DNA from: an uncultured Chloroflexia bacterium
GTDB taxonomy: Bacteria > Chloroflexota > Limnocylindria > Limnocylindrales > CSP1-4
Direction: 5' to 3'
DNA length: 64,000 bases
Assembly (NCBI GenBank): GCA_963814315.1
Contig: CAWFCG010000001.1
Coordinates: forward strand, 3,687 to 67,686
Shown: positions 58,304 through 64,000 of the stretch, piece after piece
Layout: each line of letters opens with the position of its first letter
Position numbering within the stretch: the first letter of the stretch is position 1
Made by a program: the position numbers and the translations under genes
The notes under the pieces: model-generated
Databases searched by the model: none
Seen by the model: the letters and a program-made list of their open reading frames with translations, nothing else
What the model was told of the DNA's origin: nothing

Positions 58304-59903
58304 CGCCATCGTCCTGGTGGGCCTGTCAGGCAGCGGCAAGTCCACCGTGGCGACCCTCGTCGCAGCACGCTTGGGGCGACCCCTGGTCGACCTCGACCGC
58401 GAGATCGAGTCGCGCGAGGGCGCCCATCCTGCCGAGCTCATCAACACTCGCGGTGAGGCAGCCTTCCGGGCCATCGAGTCGGCCGCGGTCGAGCGCGCCT
58501 GCGGCATCGGCGGCGCGGTCATCGCCACCGGTGGCGGCGCGGTCGTCGATCCCCTGAACCGTTGGGCGCTGTGGCACGCGGGTGTCGTGGTCTGGCTTGA
58601 TCTGCCCGACGAGGTGCTCAGCGGCCGGCTGGAAGGTCACGCCGAGGAGCGACCCATGCTGGCCGGCAACACGCTGGCGCAGTTGGTGGCCATGCGCGCG
58701 GCCCGGACCCGCTTCTACCGAGCCGCGGATGTTCGCGTCGATGCCACCGGCCCTGCCGATGCCGTGGCGCGTCGCGTCATCGAGGTCGCCGCCGAGGGGC
58801 GCCCAGCGTCTCGACGGCTCTTCGACGGCCTGGTCCGTCGCGACCACCGCATGGGGCCGGACACGGCGCGCGTGGTACTGGGCAACCAGTTCGACCGGGC
58901 CACGCTTGATGACATCCTGGCCCCCAGCAGCAGCGGCACCCCGGTCATCTTCGCGGACCGTCGTGCAGCTGCCGCACTGCCCGAGCTGATGGCGTCACTA
59001 CCCACTGAGCGGCAGATCCGCATCGCGACCGGAGAACGGCAGAAGCGCCTGCGCACGGTGGAGAAGCTGCTGGAAGCCGCCAGTGCCATAGGCGCCGAAC
59101 GCGGCGATGCCTGGGTCGGTGTCGGCGGCGGCACCGCGACCGACATGATCGGCACGGCCGCTGCGCTCTACCTGCGCGGTGTGAGCTTCGTGGCCGTGGC
59201 CACGACCTGGCTGGGCATGACCGACGCCGCCATCGGTGGCAAGGTCGCGGTCGACCTCTCAGCCGCCAAGAATGCTGCCGGGGCCTTCTGGCCGCCGGTC
59301 GCCATCATCGGAGACGTGGCCACGCAACGGTCACTGACTCGAGCGCGCCGCCTCGATGGCATGGCCGAATTGCTCAAGAGCGGCCTCATCGGCGACCCCT
59401 CGCTGTGGGCCCTGGTCGAACGTCGCGGCAAGGCCGCGCTGCATGACGACGAGGCGGCACGCTACGCCATCATCGACCGATCGGTGCAGCTCAAGCTCGA
59501 TATCGTCGATCGCGACCCCTTCGAGCGGGGAGTTCGTCGTTCGCTGAACCTGGGACACACGTTGGGACATGCGCTGGAGATCGAGAGTGGCTACCGATTG
59601 CCCCATGGCATGGCCGTCGTGCTGGGCCTGCGTGCGGTCGCCCATATCGCGCAGGGTCGCGGTGCGCAGGCCGGTCTGGCCCAGCACATCGATGAGGTCG
59701 CAGGCAACCTCGGCTACCAGCTCCACCGCGACTTCGATCCCGTCGTCGTCAAGCAAGCGCTCACACGTGACAAGAAGCGCATCAAGGGCCAGCAGCGTTG
59801 GATCCTGCCGGTGGCTGTCGGCGAGGTGATCGACGTGGCCGATGTGACCGAAGCGGAGATCGACGCCGGCATCCGCGCCATCAGCTCGGCGGCTGCGCGA
59901 TGA
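58272..59903 (+). CDS. aroK/aroB: Shikimate kinase fused in-frame to 3-dehydroquinate synthase (AroK-AroB bifunctional protein; aroB would otherwise begin at the internal Met near 58860)
   Basis: N-terminal GLSGSGKST Walker A plus RGEAAFR (the AroK lid). From about residue 200 it is AroB: GERQK, AIGGGTATDMIGTAAALYLRGVSFVAVATT, LNLGHTLGHALE. There is no stop codon between the two domains in this frame. Confidence 0.7.
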   Translation: MRSSAVTLVSDAIVLVGLSGSGKSTVATLVAARLGRPLVDLDREIESREGAHPAELINTRGEAAFRAIESAAVERACGIGGAVIATGGGAVVDPLNRWALWHAGVVVWLDLPDEVLSGRLEGHAEERPMLAGNTLAQLVAMRAARTRFYRAADVRVDATGPADAVARRVIEVAAEGRPASRRLFDGLVRRDHRMGPDTARVVLGNQFDRATLDDILAPSSSGTPVIFADRRAAAALPELMASLPTERQIRIATGERQKRLRTVEKLLEAASAIGAERGDAWVGVGGGTATDMIGTAAALYLRGVSFVAVATTWLGMTDAAIGGKVAVDLSAAKNAAGAFWPPVAIIGDVATQRSLTRARRLDGMAELLKSGLIGDPSLWALVERRGKAALHDDEAARYAIIDRSVQLKLDIVDRDPFERGVRRSLNLGHTLGHALEIESGYRLPHGMAVVLGLRAVAHIAQGRGAQAGLAQHIDEVAGNLGYQLHRDFDPVVVKQALTRDKKRIKGQQRWILPVAVGEVIDVADVTEAEIDAGIRAISSAAAR

Positions 59904-60343
59904 GGATCCTGCTGCTCAACGGGCCCAACCTGGGTCGCCTCGGCCAGCGCCAACCGGAAGTGTACGGCTCGACGACGCTGGCTGAGGTCGAGGAGGCCGC
60001 AGCCAGCCACGCCAAGAGCCTGGGTCACCAGGTCACGACGTTTCAGTCGAACCACGAAGGGGCGCTCATCGACCGCATCGAGCGACGGGATTACGACGCC
60101 ATCGTCATCAACCCGGGCGCTCTGACGCACTACGCCTGGTCGCTCCACGACGCTCTGCTGGGTGCCGAGTGCCCCGTCGTGGAGGTCCACCTCAGCGACA
60201 TCATGGCGCGGGAGGCATGGCGGCACGTGTCGGTCATCGAACCGGTCGTGAGCCACCGCGTCCTGGGACATGGCTGGCGCGGGTATCTCGAGGCCATCGA
60301 CTACCTGCATGAGCACGCCGCAGACCGCGGCCAGCCCTCCTGA
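59900..60343 (+). CDS. aroQ: Type II 3-dehydroquinate dehydratase
   Basis: ILLLNGPNLGRLGQRQPEVYGSTTL...HEGALID...NPGALTHY matches the type II DHQase signature. ATGA overlap. Confidence 0.85.
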   Translation: MRILLLNGPNLGRLGQRQPEVYGSTTLAEVEEAAASHAKSLGHQVTTFQSNHEGALIDRIERRDYDAIVINPGALTHYAWSLHDALLGAECPVVEVHLSDIMAREAWRHVSVIEPVVSHRVLGHGWRGYLEAIDYLHEHAADRGQPS

Positions 60344-60360
60344 TACCCAGAGGACCCAGC

Positions 60361-61805
60361 ATGACACCCCAACTCCCGCGCCCCGGCCTTGCCGGTGTTG
60401 CCGCTGTCGAGATCAGCGCCGACACCATCTCGCCGGTCACCGCCGCGCTGCGCCTGCACGACCAGCAGCGCCTCGCCTTCATCCTCGAATTGGTCGAGGG
60501 CGGCGCCCGCTACGGCCGCTACTCGATGGTCGGCGTGCGCGGCCGCTACCTCAGCTACGACGATGGCGTGGCCACCATCCACAGCTACGACTACGCCGAA
60601 GTCGATCGCTTCGACGAGGCGGACCCGCTGGAGGCGCTGCGCCGGTTCCTGCCCGAGGTTCCCGTGCAGGGACCGCTGCCGGTGTCGCTGGCATCCGGCG
60701 TCGGCTATCTCGCCTATGAGGCTGCCGCGCACTGGGAGAGACTGCCGGTTCCCGAGGCTGACCCCGTCGGCCTGCCCGAAGCGCTGTTCCACTTGCCGGA
60801 CGTGCTGATCGTCTTCGACCACTTGGGCCAGACGGCCACGCTGGCCACCATCGACGGAGCCGGCGCCGGGGAGCGTTTGGCCGATGCCGCCGCCATGCTG
60901 GCGCGACCTTCGGCCATCGAGGCGGCCGTGCCGATCCCGTCCGGATCCACGCGTCCCCAGCCACCCGCCGCCGATGCGCGCTACGAAGCCGGCGTCGCCA
61001 GCCTGGTCCGTGACATCCACGCCGGCGAGATGCTCCAGACGGTGCTGGCCCGCCGCTTCAGCCTGCCCTGCACGGTGGGGCCGCTGGAGGTCTACCGCTC
61101 ATTGCGTCGCATCAATCCCTCGCCGCACTTGTTCGCCATCGACTGCGGGCCTCACCGCTCGGTGCTGGGTGCTTCGCCGGAGTTGCTGGTGCGGGTGCGC
61201 GACGGCGTCGTTGCCACGCGGCCCATCGCCGGCACGCGACCCCGGTCGGCCGACCCCATCATCGATGCTGAGCTGGAGGCCGACCTGCTGGCCGACGAGA
61301 AGGAGCTGGCGGAGCACGCCATGCTCGTTGACCTCGCCCGCAACGACGTCGGACGCGTGGCCACGCCGGGCAGCGTGCGGGTGCCCTCGCTGCACGCCAT
61401 CGAGCGCTACTCACATGTGATGCACATCGTCAGCGAGGTCGAAGGCGAGCTGGCGGCCGGTCGGGACGCCTTCGATGCGGTCCGCTCGGTGTTCCCGGCG
61501 GGCACGTTGTCCGGCGCGCCCAAGGTGCGTGCCATGCAGGCCATCGCCGAGCTGGAACAGGAGCAGCGCGGTCCCTACGGCGGGGCCATCGGGTTCTTCG
61601 CGCCCGACGACGTGGAGGTCGCCATCACCATCCGCTCGATGGTGCTGAAGGACGGCACCGCCTACGTCCACGCCGGGGCTGGCATCGTGGCTGACTCGGT
61701 GCCGGCCCGCGAATCGGCGGAGGTGGCAGCCAAGGCGGGTGCCATCCTTGCCGCCCTCGCTGATGCCGAAGCCATCTATGGGACCGACCGACCGGAGACC
61801 GACCG

Positions 61806-61809
<4 letters not shown>
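60361..61809 (+). CDS. trpE: Anthranilate synthase component I (TrpE; PabB-type aminodeoxychorismate synthase not excluded)
   Basis: Chorismate-binding family motifs: the LLES-like element ILELVEGGARYGRYSMVG, plus GTLSGAPKVRAMQ and GGAIGFF. Confidence 0.75.
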
Positions 61810-62426
<617 letters not shown>

Positions 62427-62444
62427 CCCGCGCACCGAAGAGAC

Positions 62445-62834
62445 TCAGGAGGGCGCGATGACCTCGATGCCGTTGGCTCCGGCAGCGGCAGCCAGCGTGG
62501 CGTCGTAGGTCACGAATCCCTCCAACTCATCACCGAGCTCCATGGCCGCTGCGAGATGCAATGCGTCGAGGCTGCGAAGCACGCTCGGCTCCAGGCTGGC
62601 GGCACGCTCGCAAACCCTGGTCGACAGACCCAAGAGCAACAATCCCTCCAGGACGGCTCGAGCCCGCTCCCTTCGGTTCGGGGTGACCCTTCGAGTCGCT
62701 CGCATCAACTCAGTCCGAAGCAGGTCACTGCCGATGATCCGCTCCGCGCGAGGTTCGATCCACTCCTCCATGGCCCGCGAGTCGACTTCAGCTACGACGA
62801 GCTTCATGGCGGCTGACGTGTCGATATAGAACAC
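62445..62834 (-). CDS. vapC: Type II toxin, PIN-domain VapC family
   Basis: PIN acidic residues in MFYIDTSA (D5) ...E...D...D context. 129 aa. Immediately downstream of the antitoxin gene. Confidence 0.75.
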   Translation of the reverse strand: MFYIDTSAAMKLVVAEVDSRAMEEWIEPRAERIIGSDLLRTELMRATRRVTPNRRERARAVLEGLLLLGLSTRVCERAASLEPSVLRSLDALHLAAAMELGDELEGFVTYDATLAAAAGANGIEVIAPS

Positions 62835-62837
62835 GCG

Positions 62838-63113
62838 TCAGTACCGTTCCACGTTTCGCATCCGGATGAGCTCCTCAGACAGTGAGGATTCGCCCGGGCC
62901 CAATGGCATGGCTGGCGGCAGATCACGCAAGCTGCGGAGGGCCGGGCGAGCCAGTCCAGCCGCGATGAGCTCCTCCACTCGGCTGGACTGGATGGGCACC
63001 AACATGGCCACCGGACGACCGCGATCGGTGATGGTCACGTAGTCGCCGTTGGCTGCTTCTGCCACGACAGCCGACGCGTTCTGCTTGAGTTCCCGGATTC
63101 CGACTTGTCGCAT
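62838..63113 (-). CDS. Type II antitoxin, Phd/YefM family
   Basis: MRQVGIRELKQNASAVVAEAANGDYVTITDRGRPVAMLVP matches the YefM/Phd N-terminal fold consensus. 91 aa. Confidence 0.75.
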   Translation of the reverse strand: MRQVGIRELKQNASAVVAEAANGDYVTITDRGRPVAMLVPIQSSRVEELIAAGLARPALRSLRDLPPAMPLGPGESSLSEELIRMRNVERY

Positions 63114-63290
63114 GTGCTACACGGTAGTACAGCGGCGACCACACTTCTATAGGGTCTCGACCGATCGGTCGGCAGCGGCGGTCTTGCTGGCTAGGACCAG
63201 AGACGGTTTGGACTCGACGGGCCACTCCCCCCGCCCGATAATGGACGAGCATCCGGGACCTTCCCGGATCGATCAACGGAGGAGTTCAAC

Positions 63291-64000
63291 GTGACCACAC
63301 GACCAGCCACCAGCCCAGGCAGGCGCATCCTGGCGCTAGGCTCGAGCGCCGTGCTCCTCGCGGCACTGAGTGCGGCGGCCGCAGCGCCGGTAGCGGCGCA
63401 AGACGCAGTCCAGACCAGCGGTTGGGACGGACTCGGCGACGTCACCTTGAGAGTCGCCGCCGAGAATGCCTCGGTCGACTCCCTGACGGCCCTTGCCGAT
63501 GCCTTCATGGCCGAGTACCCCAACGTCACCGTCGAGCTTGACTTCAAGGATTTCGATAGCTACATGGCGACGGTCCTGAACGTGGCGGATCTGCCCGATG
63601 CCCCCGACATCCTGCTGGGCAACCAGGGTTATGTCACCGACGGCGCGCTCGTGGGTGCCGGTCTCATCCGCAGCCTTGACCCCTACTACGAGGCGTACGG
63701 CTGGGACGACTGGTACGGCGCAGGTGCCATGGACCAGTTCCGCTTCACCGAGGACGGCCTGACGTTCGGCCAGGGGCCCCGCTGGGGCATCTCCGAGTCC
63801 GCTGACTTCGTGGGCGTGTTCTACAACGTGAGCAAGCTGGCCGCTCTCGGACTGGAGCCCCCGACGAACTTCTCCGAGCTGGAGAGCGCCATGGCCGCGG
63901 CGGCTTCGGCAGGCGAGCTGCCGGTCAAGCTGGGCAACCTGCAGGGCTGGCCCGGCACGCACACGGCCGGAATCGCGCAGGGTGCGCTCTGGCCGGCCGC
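63291..64000 (+). CDS. Extracellular solute-binding protein (carbohydrate ABC SBP), N-terminal part; runs off the right edge of the window
   Basis: GTG start; signal peptide RRILALGSSAVLLAALSAAAAAPVAAQ; SBP family-1-like N-terminal lobe. Confidence 0.6.
   Translation, partial: MTTRPATSPGRRILALGSSAVLLAALSAAAAAPVAAQDAVQTSGWDGLGDVTLRVAAENASVDSLTALADAFMAEYPNVTVELDFKDFDSYMATVLNVADLPDAPDILLGNQGYVTDGALVGAGLIRSLDPYYEAYGWDDWYGAGAMDQFRFTEDGLTFGQGPRWGISESADFVGVFYNVSKLAALGLEPPTNFSELESAMAAAASAGELPVKLGNLQGWPGTHTAGIAQGALWPA

Noticed and set aside
60301-61020. 239-aa minus-strand ORF inside trpE
   Set aside because: It is antisense to a gene with clear chorismate-binding motifs and has Gly/Arg-rich composition.

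Overview
This is a high-GC chromosomal segment, most likely actinobacterial on the basis of the ~70% GC third-position bias and the frequency of 4-nt ATGA/GTGA translational coupling between adjacent genes. It is densely packed and largely syntenic housekeeping sequence. I found no transposase, integrase, CRISPR array or rRNA.

Gene content in order along the window:
- partial tkt; a ROK-family sugar kinase (glucokinase-like); rpiA
- a sugar ABC uptake operon together with a Gfo/Idh/MocA oxidoreductase
- a D-2-hydroxyacid dehydrogenase
- a carbohydrate-utilisation locus: ROK regulator, SBP, two permeases, a GH15 enzyme and a second glycoside-hydrolase-like protein
- an ABC-2 exporter with two ATPases
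- a Zn-finger thioredoxin
- a small accessory stretch: repeat-tailed secreted protein, PucR regulator, HAD phosphatase and a beta-propeller lipo/secreted protein, ending at a tRNA-Ser(TGA) that abuts a truncated ECF-sigma remnant
- a serine hydrolase
- greA, class-I lysS and serS, all coupled
- amidohydrolase, a RhaM-like mutarotase, argR, uppP, the H+-pyrophosphatase hppA
- an M16 peptidase, a Pro-rich protein and ndk, all coupled
- the CoA/pantothenate cluster coaX-coaBC-panB-panC followed by a CN-hydrolase
- a P-loop/DRTGG protein and a HAD hydrolase
- a tandem pair of secreted paralogs, one of them decayed
- gdh, degV, an SDR and a NUDIX hydrolase
- a 9-kb translationally coupled aromatic superoperon (detailed below)
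- a Phd/YefM-VapC toxin-antitoxin pair and a partial SBP

The strongest find is the aromatic superoperon at 53495..62426. It is a run of eight translationally coupled genes. Its first gene is a DAHP synthase with an N-terminal FL regulatory domain and a C-terminal chorismate mutase. Together these genes carry all seven shikimate steps, a chorismate mutase domain and anthranilate synthase I/II. It is preceded (53285..53437) by a sigma-70-like promoter, a near-leaderless 8-codon leader ORF MTRYWYFS (Tyr-Trp-Tyr-Phe) and a strong intrinsic terminator. That is the classic layout of a ribosome-mediated attenuator sensing all three aromatic amino acids.

Other points worth a second look are a palindromic dispersed repeat (TTCACCCG-N5-CGGGTGAA) at two intergenic loci, an in-frame aroK-aroB fusion, and several short tandem repeats in both coding tails and 5' regions.
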